A DNA stretch of 64,000 bases from Candidatus Hydrogenedentota bacterium. GTDB taxonomy: Bacteria; Hydrogenedentota; Hydrogenedentia; Hydrogenedentales; SLHB01. The stretch is from NCBI GenBank assembly GCA_045863335.1, contig BTVY01000013.1, positions 72,612 through 136,611 of the forward strand, read 5' to 3'. The notes beneath the pieces were generated by a model that searched no databases, was not told the DNA's origin, and saw only the letters and a list, made by a program, of their open reading frames with translations. Position numbers and translations under genes: made by a program. Shown in pieces: positions 41,844-51,860 of the stretch; positions within the stretch are counted from its first letter, which is position 1; the number at the start of each line of letters is the position of its first letter.

Positions 41844-42038
41844 GAAAACGGCCCCTTCCGTCGATTGACCTCGCATTCCCGCGAGGGTTGGTGTCGCGCA
41901 TTCCAATTGTGCGTCCAAAGCACAACGCGCATTAGCGTACACGGAGCGCGTTGTCCGGGTCAACAGCCGCGTAGAGGAACGTAACCGCAGGGAGACGAGG
42001 GACGAGGAAGCGGGGAGAAGGGATTGCGACCTTATATC

Positions 42039-42127
42039 TACCGACCGGTAGGTATCGGTTGACGGTGCCAATTGATTAACTTAATTGCCAAAAACGACTT
42101 GACACGCAAAACCAGTTCTGCTATCGT
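42039..42127 (+). promoter_or_regulatory. Palindromic operator-like site and sigma70 promoter upstream of the porin gene
   Basis: TACCGACCGGTAGGTA (42039-42054, near-perfect palindrome); TTGACA-17-TATCGT with extended TG (42099-42127). Confidence 0.6.
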
Positions 42128-42439
42128 ACGCGAAGTATTTTTGGGGATTCTGCCGACGGGTAGACGGAAAAATACGAAAGCGGAAAACAGAGGCTGACTG
42201 CAAGGGGTAGATTCTCAGTACACACACGCGAAAAAACCATCAATCGTGATCTCACATCGGAGACGAAAGGAGGGATGCGACCAGTCCGAAGAGACTTACT
42301 CCGAGGTCACGCGATATGGATGTGCGAATAGATCTGGTGAACGAACTCAGCGTTTCGGCGAAATGAAACTTTGGTTTCGCTCGAAGCTGGTATAGCGAGG
42401 CGCTCAGCCGCCTCCAACATAAAATGGAGAAACCAATCA

Positions 42440-44047
42440 ATGCGTAAATCATTGATGATTGTTCTCACGGCGGCCATGGTGCTGGCAGCATTGCCGGCCA
42501 TGGCCGAGCTGCAGAACGTGCAGGTCGGCGGAGAAATCCGCATCCGTGCGAACTACTACTCGAACTACACGTATGATATCGCCGGTCAGGGTGTTCCCCA
42601 GACCATTCACCCCTTTGCTGGCAATCAGGTCATCTGGCCGAACTTCTTCCTTCCCCGCCGTCCGATTGGCACCGGTCCCTTCAACGGGAACGGCATCGTC
42701 AGCTCGTTTGCGTGGGACGATGAAGAGAGCAACGACCTGCAGTTTGTCGAACAGCGCACCCGGCTCAATGTGAAAGCGGACTTCACGAACGAAGTCAGCG
42801 CCTTCATCGAGCTGGACAGCTACGACATCTGGGGCGAGGATTTCCGGTCCGACTATGTGACAGGGCTGGACAACCGCGCCGTGACCAACGATGACGTCGA
42901 AATCTATCAGGCCTACATCGAAGCGAACGAGATGTTCGGGTTCCCGCTGCGCCTTCGCATCGGTCGCCAGGAGCTCAGCTTCGGTAGCGAGTGGCTGGTC
43001 GGCACGAACGACACGGCTGCTTTCTTCCACGGCCTGTCCTTCGACGGCGTGCGTCTGACCTATGCGACCGACGTGTTCAGCGTTGACGCGTGGGCCTCGA
43101 CGTTGTTCGAGAGCGGAATCAACGAGCAGGACGGCGACGTCTGGTTCTACGGCGTCTACGGCAGCTACCTCGGGCTTGAAGACATCACGATCGACGCCTA
43201 CTGGATGTGGATTCGTGATGGCCGCAGCCTGAACGACACGAACTTCATTGCACCGATCGAATGGTTGGAAGACATCTTCCAGTTGGATGACTACGATGTA
43301 ACCAACCTTCACACTGTTGGCCTCCGCGGAGCCGGCACCATCGGCGCCTTTGATTTCGAAGCAGAAGCTGCCTATCAGTTTGGCGACGCTGACCAAGTTG
43401 GATTCCTGTTCAAGCCGTTCATCTATGGCGATGACGGTGCTGATTACTCGGCCTGGGGTGCGAACCTCGAGCTGGGTTACACCTTCGACGTGATGTGGAC
43501 GCCGCGTGTCTACTTGGGCGGCGCCTACTTTGACGGCGAAGACGAGCGCGACATTACGTTCATCGAATGGCTTAACCCCTTCGATCGTCCGGAATCGAGC
43601 GTGAGCTTCAATCGTCTGTTCTCCAACTGGGAGTACAGCGAGTTCATCGAAAACACCGAGCTGTCGAATGCGTACGTCATTCGCGGTGGTGTGAGCGCCA
43701 ACCCGACCGAAAGCGTCGAAGTGCTGTTGGCCGTCTCGTACTACAACACGCTTGAAGAGTTCGATGCCCCGCGTTACTTCTCGGTCGGCGGATTCCGGGT
43801 CCCCTTGGCTCCGGCTCTGTCCTTCTGGACCCAGGAGAATGACTCCGAGCTCGGCACCGAAGTTGGCCTGTACGTGACCTACAACTACAGCGAAGACCTG
43901 AGCTTCGAGGTAGGCTGGGCGCACTTGTTCGTGGGTGAAGGCCTTGAAGAAGGCCAGTTCAGCGCGCTCAACGGTCTCGGCTTCAACGGCGGTTCCGGCG
44001 ACGACGACTCCGACTACATCTACTTCGAAACCAAACTCTGCTTCTAA
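42440..44047 (+). CDS. Alginate-export-family outer-membrane beta-barrel porin
   Basis: Signal peptide; EQRTRL, IYQAYI, IGRQELSFG.EWLVG and FDGVR motifs; terminal Phe. Confidence 0.82.
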   Translation: MRKSLMIVLTAAMVLAALPAMAELQNVQVGGEIRIRANYYSNYTYDIAGQGVPQTIHPFAGNQVIWPNFFLPRRPIGTGPFNGNGIVSSFAWDDEESNDLQFVEQRTRLNVKADFTNEVSAFIELDSYDIWGEDFRSDYVTGLDNRAVTNDDVEIYQAYIEANEMFGFPLRLRIGRQELSFGSEWLVGTNDTAAFFHGLSFDGVRLTYATDVFSVDAWASTLFESGINEQDGDVWFYGVYGSYLGLEDITIDAYWMWIRDGRSLNDTNFIAPIEWLEDIFQLDDYDVTNLHTVGLRGAGTIGAFDFEAEAAYQFGDADQVGFLFKPFIYGDDGADYSAWGANLELGYTFDVMWTPRVYLGGAYFDGEDERDITFIEWLNPFDRPESSVSFNRLFSNWEYSEFIENTELSNAYVIRGGVSANPTESVEVLLAVSYYNTLEEFDAPRYFSVGGFRVPLAPALSFWTQENDSELGTEVGLYVTYNYSEDLSFEVGWAHLFVGEGLEEGQFSALNGLGFNGGSGDDDSDYIYFETKLCF

Positions 44048-44076
44048 GCAGATCGCGGTTACTTAGTACGATACCG

Positions 44077-44110
44077 AAGCCCCCGCAATCGAAAGGTTGC
44101 GGGGGCTTTC
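44077..44110 (+). terminator. Intrinsic terminator after the porin gene
   Basis: AAGCCCCCGCAATC-GAAA-GGTTGCGGGGGCTTT. Confidence 0.8.
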
Positions 44111-44319
44111 CATGTTTATGACATGTACGGGTGCGACGTCTCCGATTCGGATTCCTGCCCCGAAACGCTCCGCGGCGTACTGGCAGGTCCTCCCGAGGCC
44201 TTTCCGGGAGCAATTCTCTCCACCCTCGAACGAATTTGGGCAGAGAGAATTGGCCGGAAATGTCGGCAACGGCCGAACCTCACCGGTCCCCAGCGTCCGT
44301 CCGGAAAGTCCCTGAACAG

Positions 44320-45183
44320 TTACGACGCGGAACCATCAAGCGTGATATCGAGGAAGTCGGCGACGCCGACGTAACCGAGCTTGCGGTAGATGCTGTTGGA
44401 CGTGGGATTCCCGAGATCGGTGAACAGGGTGCAGAACGATTTTCCCTCATCCAGGATCTGCTGGGACAGCCGGGCGACGATGGCGCTGGCGTAGCCGTGG
44501 TTGCGGTGTTCGGGCGGCGTGTAGACGTAGCTGATGCATTCCCCATGCGCCGTGGGGCGACTGCGCGCGGCCATGGCGCGGGGCTCGCCGTCATCCCAGA
44601 AGAACAAGGTGCCTGTGGCGACGCGCATTTCCGCATCGGCATAGGTCTGTGCGTCGGGCGGTTCGTGAAAGCAGTCCTGCTGGAACCCGACGGCCCACTG
44701 GCGGACGAGTTCCATGTCATCGTTCGTCGCGGGGCGCATGGCTCCCGGAGGGAAGTTAGGGTGGACAACGGAATCCAACCGGTGGACGCGCTGATGCGTT
44801 CCGTCTCGCGGCGTGGTACCGGACACGCGGGTCCACTCCGCGGCAAAGGCTCTCGCGACCGGCGTGGGCGCGAATACGGCCGGGACTTCGGCGCCCGAAT
44901 CGTGCAGGTGGGAGGCGAGGGCGTCAAGGCCGCAGGGGCTGTCTGCGTCAGCGGCGAAGACGTGCATGTTCTTCCTGGGCGGCGTGCGCAGGGCGGCAGC
45001 GTGAAGGTCGCCATCGGACGTGACGGAGGCAAGCAGCGGCTGTTCGCCATCGAAGCCGGGCTCCGCCACCAACCGCCGGCAAATGCCGAGCATGAGGCTG
45101 TTCACGCATTCGTCCCGCTGCAGGTACGGTTCGACGACGGTGAGAAACTCTGCGACGTTCTTGTATTCCGTGTAGGTCATCAT
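44320..45183 (-). CDS. GNAT family acetyltransferase
   Basis: VYTPPEHRNHGYAS and LFTDLGNPTSNSIYRKLGY motifs. Confidence 0.9.
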   Translation of the reverse strand: MMTYTEYKNVAEFLTVVEPYLQRDECVNSLMLGICRRLVAEPGFDGEQPLLASVTSDGDLHAAALRTPPRKNMHVFAADADSPCGLDALASHLHDSGAEVPAVFAPTPVARAFAAEWTRVSGTTPRDGTHQRVHRLDSVVHPNFPPGAMRPATNDDMELVRQWAVGFQQDCFHEPPDAQTYADAEMRVATGTLFFWDDGEPRAMAARSRPTAHGECISYVYTPPEHRNHGYASAIVARLSQQILDEGKSFCTLFTDLGNPTSNSIYRKLGYVGVADFLDITLDGSAS

Positions 45184-45231
45184 AGGTCGCACCCGATCTA
45201 CCCGCGTGAGCCTGCGACGCTGCCAGGCGCC

Positions 45232-45504
45232 TTACCCGAGGACGGCTGCGGCGAGCGCCAACAGGAACAGTCCTGCCAGGAGCGCGAGTACGAGCGCCGC
45301 AACGGCCTTTATCCATCCGAAACGCATGCGCACTTCGCCGGTGGCGTCGGGAGCAAACTCAGAAGCGCGGCCCTGGTACCAGAGTCCGCAGTGGGGGCAG
45401 CGCGTGGAACCGGCGGGGATGGGGCGCGAACATCGTTTACACGGAACGCGGTTGCCAGTGCCGTCCCGGTAAGAAGTGAAGTCGAAGACGTTGTCTTCAG
45501 TCAT
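45232..45504 (-). CDS. Small zinc-ribbon protein with C-terminal TM helix
   Basis: CKRC-x10-CPHC; hydrophobic C-terminus. Confidence 0.7.
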   Translation of the reverse strand: MTEDNVFDFTSYRDGTGNRVPCKRCSRPIPAGSTRCPHCGLWYQGRASEFAPDATGEVRMRFGWIKAVAALVLALLAGLFLLALAAAVLG

Positions 45505-45522
45505 GAAGGCGACCCTCGGCCG

Positions 45523-45693
45523 CTATGAATCGGCTCGGCGCGATCGGATCAGTTGCGCGGTCCCGCTCACGAGGAACATCCCGCTGAGAATCCAGAACAA
45601 GGGTTTGCCCCCGTCTTCGTACATGGCTTCCCAGAGTTGGGTTGCGGCCAGGACCACGCCGCAAAGGACCAGAATCCAAGCTGCAACGCGCAT
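45523..45693 (-). CDS. 56-aa two-TM small membrane protein (not in ORF track)
   Basis: MRVAAWILVLCGVVLAATQLWEAMYEDGGKPLFWILSGMFLVSGTAQLIRSRRADS; GGAG RBS; fills the gap in the operon. Confidence 0.65.
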   Translation of the reverse strand: MRVAAWILVLCGVVLAATQLWEAMYEDGGKPLFWILSGMFLVSGTAQLIRSRRADS

Positions 45694-45721
45694 GGGGACT
45701 CCAAGTTCCGTTCGGCTACCG

Positions 45722-46230
45722 TTACTCAGTCACAGACTCGTCCGTCGATGGGGCGCCAGCCTCTCCGACCACCGTCTGCGCCACAGCCGATGTGAATTGC
45801 ATTCCCTGGGTGACGTCAACTTCTCCGCGAAAGATACCCGTCTCCTGGGCGCGCAAATTAAAAGTGAACGTCTTGGAGGTTCCCGGAGCGAGTTCCGTGT
45901 TGAAGGTGTAGCTCATGCTGTTATCGAGGGGAATGTGCATGCTGGATTGTTCCGCCGGATCGACGGACACGACTAGAACCCGGCGAGATACTCGTCGGCG
46001 ATATCGACATCGTCTATGGTGACCGGCTGTCCTTCACGCGTATTCGTCACCGTGACAACCAAAGGGAACGTTTCGTCGAGCGCTACTTCAAGAGGCGCGT
46101 CGACCGCAATTGCGATGCCCTCCGGGTCCTGTGCAACGTGATACAGAAATGCGCCCAAGACCAGCATTCCCATCAGCGCCACAAGCGCCACCGCCAAACA
46201 CCCTATCGCGATCGCTTTACCTGCATTCAT
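45722..46230 (-). pseudogene. Frameshifted membrane-anchored Ig-like protein gene
   Basis: MNAGKAIAIGC..YLAGF* continues in another frame as VVSVDP..; one missing base near 45975 would join the halves. Confidence 0.6.
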
Positions 46231-46477
46231 CGGATTCGAGTTCCCCCTGGTTTTCCGGGTTTGCCAACACCATACGGGCCTCATCAGCCTGGGACTCCGG
46301 CACGGCGACCTTGACGGCACTGGCGCCGCCCGCGGACGCGTACCAAGGCAACCACGTGCCCACCGCCTCGTCGGCAAGGTACGCTTCGATCCCATGACCT
46401 TCCAGGACAGAGCGGGCAAAGTCGGCTTGGGTGATGGGCCCCGCGAATACGACGACCAATCGCTCTTCGTGTTCCAT
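46217..46477 (-). CDS. DUF2007 (putative signal-transducing) protein
   Basis: A.FARSVLEGHGIEAYLADE..VKVAVPESQADEAR..L pattern. Confidence 0.8.
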   Translation of the reverse strand: MEHEERLVVVFAGPITQADFARSVLEGHGIEAYLADEAVGTWLPWYASAGGASAVKVAVPESQADEARMVLANPENQGELESDECR

Positions 46478-46545
46478 GGCTCACTCCCACGGTGACGTGT
46501 GTTCGAGTATGCGCGGGTGCAGGCCGGATGTCAATCGGTCCCATA

Positions 46546-46650
46546 GGAGCGCGGGTTTTCCAACCCGCGAAGGCCAAGCACCCCGCTTAGTGGAACATCG
46601 GCGCCGGACCGCAGAGTCATAAAAGAAGCGGGTTGGAAAACCCGCTCTCC
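46546..46650. repeat. Inverted GGAG-REP doublet (family of 2739-2904)
   Basis: GGAGCGCGGGTTTTCCAACCCGC ... GCGGGTTGGAAAACCCGCTCTCC. Confidence 0.85.
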
Positions 46651-46804
46651 GATTCAATGCATCTACAACGCTTTTATAGTCGGCCCAGAGCCTGCGATAT
46701 GCACCAACACCTCCAGAAGTTGTACTATATCGCTTCTCATGCGAGGTGAATTCCGTATCGGCCGCGGCAGCGGTCGCCAGTCCATGGTTGGGGAGTATCG
46801 TTTC

Positions 46805-49495
46805 ATGACACGCGTTCGATGGAGTCTGGTAGTTGCGGTAATCTGGACCGGGGCTTGGGCCATAGCGCAGGAAGCGCCGGCGGCTACGGACCCGGCGGAC
46901 CAAGCCGTGGCCGAAGAAGCCGCGCCACCCGCGCCGCCCGCGGAGGAACCCGCGATGCCGGATGTGCCCGCGGAGGTGCTCGAAACGCCGGCGCCCATGC
47001 CGGAGGTGCAGCCGTCGCTGGAACAAGCACCGGTCACGCCCGCCGCGTCTCCGTTTGAGCGCATCTTCGGCAACGCCGCCGTGTTGGATGCGGCCATGCG
47101 CGAACAGGTGCTCGCGGCGGAACACGGCAAACGGCACTACGTGGATCACAATCAGGACGGCAATGCCGACGAAGTGTGGTTTGTGGACACGGCGCCGCGC
47201 CACCCCGCCGACTGGCAGCCCATGTTGGTCTGCGCGATAGACGAAGACGGCGACTTGCAAGACGACAGCCAGCCGGACCAGGACAGCGACCTCTACGTGG
47301 CCGACTGGCACGGCGACGGCACGGTGGACGCCATCCTCGACTACACGGACGTCGATGATGATAACGATGTCGACGAGATGGCCTTCTACTCCCTCGGCGC
47401 GGCTTCCGATGGCGGTGAGGGCGCGGTGCATGTGCGTTGGACGAGCGACGTGGGCGACGACAACCTGCTGTGGTACGACGTGGGGTACGCGTACCGGCAC
47501 GATCTTTGCCAGTACCACTCCCACTTCAGCGGCGACGAAATGTTCTGCAACTTCGTGCTCGATCCCGGCGCGACGGCGTGGCGGGCCACCTACGAGTACC
47601 CCTTCCTTTTCTACGACAACGACGACGACGGCGTGGCCGAGGAGGCGATCCGGTACTGCGCGAACGGCGCGGAGATCGGGAACGTCCGGCACAGCTTCGA
47701 TGCCGACGACGACGCGACCGCCGATCATCCCCGAGATTACGATGTGTCCATCACCGCGTATGCGCCCGAGGGCGGCATCCTTGCCGCCGCCGAGGCCATG
47801 CAAACCATCCAATTGCGTGAGATCCCCACGGAGCCATTTCTCGCGCACGGCCCGGGTCAAACCGCGGGGCTCGCTGCGGTCTGGGATCGCATGTTGTTTA
47901 CCTGGGACGAGGATGACAACAACGTCGATGCGGATCGGTACGAAGACGCCCACGAGCGCTGGGAAGGCGTCATCGCGAAGGGTACGGAAGGCTTTGAGCA
48001 AGTCGGCGGTCCGAGTTGCGGTCCAGTAAACAAGCGGTATGAGTTGGCCATCCAAACCGGGCAACCCATGCAGACCTATCTGCATCCCGTCGACCAGCGC
48101 ATCCACTTGCGCGGAGCACAACGGGCCTGGCTCGATGTGGACGCCGACCAGGATCGCAGCGCCGACATGAAGTACAGCTTTGTCGACAGCGACGGCGACG
48201 GCGTCATCGATACCTGGAATCTGGACGCGAACGCGGACGGTTCGGTCGACGATTCCTGGACCGCGAGCGGCGCGTCGGCGCAGGACATCCCGTGGACCTG
48301 GGCGGATGTGAGCGCGGCGCAGAAGAGCATCATGGCGTCTGTGCCGCAGGCCTTGCTCAGCGTGACGTACCGGCTGGAGCAGGCCCTCGCCAAGGCGGGG
48401 TCAGACCCGAACAGCGATCCAGTGGCGCAATTGCTGCGCAATAACCTGAACGCGCCCGCGATCGGCGGCGCATTGCGGCAGAAACTGATCAACAGCGACG
48501 AGTCGATGCGGTTTTATCTCGATGTGCTGAAAGATCGCCTGATTCTGCAGTTGAAAAGCGCCGCGCCGGACGGGGCCTATTGGGCGGAATTCAACGGGGC
48601 GCGCGGACGTGGCGACCTCGGGGCCATGCAGATGTCGCTCGAGCAGGCGTACGGCCTGATGGACGCGCCGCCGATCTATGCGGCCTGGGTGGGCGAGAAA
48701 CGCGCCGCAGTCAACGACAGCCCGCGCGTCGCGGTACTTCAAGATTGGATTTCCGATCACATCGGGTTCGAGAACAAGACCATTGCGTACCGGTGCTACT
48801 TCGGTCAGATCGATTTCTATGGCAAGCGCGAGGAAGGGTTCATTCTCGATCAGTTAGAGGGTGACCAACAAGCCGGCGACTGGGGTGTCGACGCATTGTT
48901 CCTAAAGGACACGGCGGGTTGCGGCGGCGTGACGCTTATTGTAAATGGTGAGGCCTATCCTGTGTGGAGCCCGCAAGGCAAGGGATTCGTCACGTTCGAG
49001 AACAATGTGATCGAACATACCGGCGACCGGGTCGTCGTCGAGATGCTGGGAACCAACGCCGGACCCGAAGGCAGCGGGTACACCGTGCGACTGCGCATCA
49101 CGCTGACGGCGGACCGCAACGACGTGGCCGTGGAAGTCATCGTCGAAGGCGGCAAGCCCGAAGACGCCATCGAGTTGGGCCTGAACTTGACGCGGCTTTC
49201 CGAACAGCCCTTCTATCTGCTGGACCAGGAAGCGGGGGTGATGGCCGTGCGCGGGTACCAAACCTCCAATGTGGGGACGGTCGGGATGGGCATCGTGTTT
49301 CCGCCCGCGCGGTTCATTCGCGTCGGCGAATCGCCCAGCGCCAACCAGGTCGTCATTTCCGTTGAGCGCGGCGTGCCCGTAACGTACCACGTCCAAGGCG
49401 ATTGGGTCCGGGGCCGGAGATTCCCAGTGGCGCCGTCCCACGACGACTGGATGAACGAACTGCGCGCACTGGCGGCTGAAGTGAAGCTGCAGTGA
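46805..49495 (+). CDS. Large secreted acidic protein with many DxDxDG-type loops and a C-terminal DUF4861-like domain
   Basis: Signal peptide; DHNQDG, DWHGDG, DNDDDG, DSDGDG and DANADG loops; IGFEN..IAYRCY.GQIDFYGK..WGVD. Confidence 0.65.
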   Translation: MTRVRWSLVVAVIWTGAWAIAQEAPAATDPADQAVAEEAAPPAPPAEEPAMPDVPAEVLETPAPMPEVQPSLEQAPVTPAASPFERIFGNAAVLDAAMREQVLAAEHGKRHYVDHNQDGNADEVWFVDTAPRHPADWQPMLVCAIDEDGDLQDDSQPDQDSDLYVADWHGDGTVDAILDYTDVDDDNDVDEMAFYSLGAASDGGEGAVHVRWTSDVGDDNLLWYDVGYAYRHDLCQYHSHFSGDEMFCNFVLDPGATAWRATYEYPFLFYDNDDDGVAEEAIRYCANGAEIGNVRHSFDADDDATADHPRDYDVSITAYAPEGGILAAAEAMQTIQLREIPTEPFLAHGPGQTAGLAAVWDRMLFTWDEDDNNVDADRYEDAHERWEGVIAKGTEGFEQVGGPSCGPVNKRYELAIQTGQPMQTYLHPVDQRIHLRGAQRAWLDVDADQDRSADMKYSFVDSDGDGVIDTWNLDANADGSVDDSWTASGASAQDIPWTWADVSAAQKSIMASVPQALLSVTYRLEQALAKAGSDPNSDPVAQLLRNNLNAPAIGGALRQKLINSDESMRFYLDVLKDRLILQLKSAAPDGAYWAEFNGARGRGDLGAMQMSLEQAYGLMDAPPIYAAWVGEKRAAVNDSPRVAVLQDWISDHIGFENKTIAYRCYFGQIDFYGKREEGFILDQLEGDQQAGDWGVDALFLKDTAGCGGVTLIVNGEAYPVWSPQGKGFVTFENNVIEHTGDRVVVEMLGTNAGPEGSGYTVRLRITLTADRNDVAVEVIVEGGKPEDAIELGLNLTRLSEQPFYLLDQEAGVMAVRGYQTSNVGTVGMGIVFPPARFIRVGESPSANQVVISVERGVPVTYHVQGDWVRGRRFPVAPSHDDWMNELRALAAEVKLQ

Positions 49496-49549
49496 GTGTG
49501 AGCCGGCGCAGCGCCCTATGGAGTGCGAGGGCTTGCCCTCGCTGCTGGG

Positions 49550-50797
49550 TTACTCCTCCGGTTCCGCCAGCACTCCCGTGAAGAGTATGCAGCCGGTCTT
49601 GGTATCGCGGAGCAGGAAGACAAAGGGGTGGTCGGCCACGAAAGCCGGGATCTCCATTGGTGCGGCCGTCAATTTCATCACGACACCCGTTGCCGCTGCC
49701 GCTTCGGTGCCCTCTTCGTTCACCTCGATGAAGGCCTGATGAATCACATCGGAGATGAAGAGGTCGGGAACGCCGGACATGCCGGAGAAGTCCGCGTTCT
49801 CCGAGAACACGGTGGTCATTCCCATTGCGCGAAGGAAATCCGACAACGAAGATTTCGCGTTCATCGTGAACCGGGGCAGCGAAAGATCGATCTGCTGTTC
49901 CGCCATCTCGGCCAGAGTCGATTCGAGCCATTGTGGAGTCAGTTCAGATTCCAGCCGCGTCAAGCCGGAGACGTCCTTGGGCAACAGTACCGTCATGGCC
50001 ACGCGCTCGCCGGTGTAAGGCAAGTCAACGGCTTGCAGCCAATCGTTCGCGAAATAGCGGAAGTCATTGCGCTGCTTCATCATGCGGACCTTCGTCGTGG
50101 AGCCGTCCAGCAACGTGAACGTCGCTTCCGACGTGTTGTCCTCGTTGAACTGGGATAGCCAGAGACCTTTGAAGTAGATCGCGTTGGTCAAGACCAGCCG
50201 CGTCATCGAGTCTAAAACGCCTTCCGGGATGAGATCTTCGATTCGGTCTTCCGTCTTTTCTTCCACCCAGTCATTGATGGTTTGGCGCGCCTGTTCTACG
50301 TCGCTTTCGTAATCCAGGCGGGTTACATCCGTCTCATAGGATTCGCGCATGAGGTCCAAGTACGAATCGAGCAACGTGTAGCGGACGTGGGGCCAGAGGG
50401 CGTTCGCAACGTGCAATTGATATTCCTCCGACGATTCCAGCGACCGGCCGAGGTTGCCCATTACGCGATGAAACTCAGACGTGTTGGCTTCGTAATGCAG
50501 GACTTCGCGCATCTCGTCCGCCGTTTGGCCCTTTGCGCCAGCGTAGACCATCGCCAAGGCCGTGTCTACGCTGTACGGCGAAGCCAGCGTGTTGGTGCCC
50601 GGGTCATTGCCTTGCCGAAGCGCACGGAACAATTCAAGGGAAAACGCATTCATTTCCATTGCAATCTCTTTTTGCGCGGTCACGTTCTCAGCCGGTTCAG
50701 GATCACGGGGTGCAGGTTGCTGCTTCGAGGTCGCAGCGCCTCCGCACGAAAAGAGTGACAAGACGATCGTAGCGATTGCCAGAGAACGAGTAGACAT
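49550..50797 (-). CDS. Serpin (serine protease inhibitor), lipoprotein
   Basis: Lipobox LFSC; SPYSV, TNAIYFKGLW, hinge EEGTEAAAAT and FVADHPFVF motifs. Confidence 0.95.
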   Translation of the reverse strand: MSTRSLAIATIVLSLFSCGGAATSKQQPAPRDPEPAENVTAQKEIAMEMNAFSLELFRALRQGNDPGTNTLASPYSVDTALAMVYAGAKGQTADEMREVLHYEANTSEFHRVMGNLGRSLESSEEYQLHVANALWPHVRYTLLDSYLDLMRESYETDVTRLDYESDVEQARQTINDWVEEKTEDRIEDLIPEGVLDSMTRLVLTNAIYFKGLWLSQFNEDNTSEATFTLLDGSTTKVRMMKQRNDFRYFANDWLQAVDLPYTGERVAMTVLLPKDVSGLTRLESELTPQWLESTLAEMAEQQIDLSLPRFTMNAKSSLSDFLRAMGMTTVFSENADFSGMSGVPDLFISDVIHQAFIEVNEEGTEAAAATGVVMKLTAAPMEIPAFVADHPFVFLLRDTKTGCILFTGVLAEPEE

Positions 50798-51456
50798 GGA
50801 ATCGATTCCTTTCCACCGGAGCGGGTGCCTGTTCGGGTCATATCCGCTACCGGAAACGACATCTACCGGTTAGAGCATAGTCCTACCAGATTACACCCGT
50901 TGCCTTGGACACCACGAGAGCAACCTTGGTTCGGGGTCGGGGTCTGCGAGTTGGGGTGGTTCTCTCGAGCCTCATTCCCGCCCCGTGCGCAAGGGATCCA
51001 GGTGTTGGCGGGTGTCTTTCTCGCCCTCGAAATCCTCCCGATCTGGTCCTGATGCGACCCGGGAATGACCAGTTTATCCGCATGTGGATTAACTGTTTAC
51101 ACGCCCCGAGGGAGACGCGCCGGGTTCAGACGCGCCAGGATAGTATTGCCCGCGTGTTCGTCGAGTCGATTTTGGCGTAACTTAATATAAATCAGTATGT
51201 TACAGCGATCGCGGAACGTCGAATCCGCAACCAAAAGTGACCCGAATCATGGAAATTGCCGTCCTGCAACAGGTTAGGAAAACGCCAAAAAAGAGCGAGA
51301 CAAGTGCCCCTCGATATGCTATCCTACGGCTGAATGTAGTGAGGCTGCGTTCGGGTAGAAGCCGTCGGGGCAGGCGGCCTATCGCGAGATGCCCACTCCA
51401 GTGCAAGTTTAAAGAACATTGATTCGGGGCGTAGCCATTCGCGCCATCGGATCTGG

Positions 51457-51494
51457 TGCAATGTTCTTGCCACGTCAATGGCGTGGTTCGTGCA
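51457..51494. promoter_or_regulatory. Divergent pair of sigma54-like -24/-12 elements
   Basis: Minus strand TGGCAAGAACATTGCA (51457-51472); plus strand TGGCGTGGTTCGTGCA (51479-51494); both GG-N10-GC. Confidence 0.5.
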
Positions 51495-51860
51495 CCAGGA
51501 GTCATTCAATGGGTATTGCGGTGATTCGAGCCTGCCGTCTTTAAGCGCCTCCTACGCGTTTCCTCCTTTCGGAGACGGATTAGAGCCATTGAGCAACGCC
51601 TGTCCCGACGCGCTTCGGCCTCCCCTAACGGGGAGGCCGCACTGCTGTATGAACGACGAGAGCGCCCCACAAGTGCGAGGCGCTCTTTTCCATTCCATCG
51701 ACCCTTTCCAAGATTGATCCGTGCACAATCCCTTGATTTATCCGTCGTGAAAATAGTTATGGAAACGGGTGGGCATATAGGCATATGCTCTGCGCTTGCA
51801 AGGGTTTCCATCTGTCATCGGGATTTGGGTTTGTCCAATTTCAAGAAAGGCGAGGGGCAA

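Noticed and set aside
51175-51205. dif/Xer recombination site
   Set aside because: Only the TATGTTA half resembles dif; there is no XerC arm at the right spacing. It fits an IHF-like site better.
50883-51811. Short ORFs in the serpin-hypothetical gap
   Set aside because: No clear RBS, atypical composition, mutually overlapping and no motifs.
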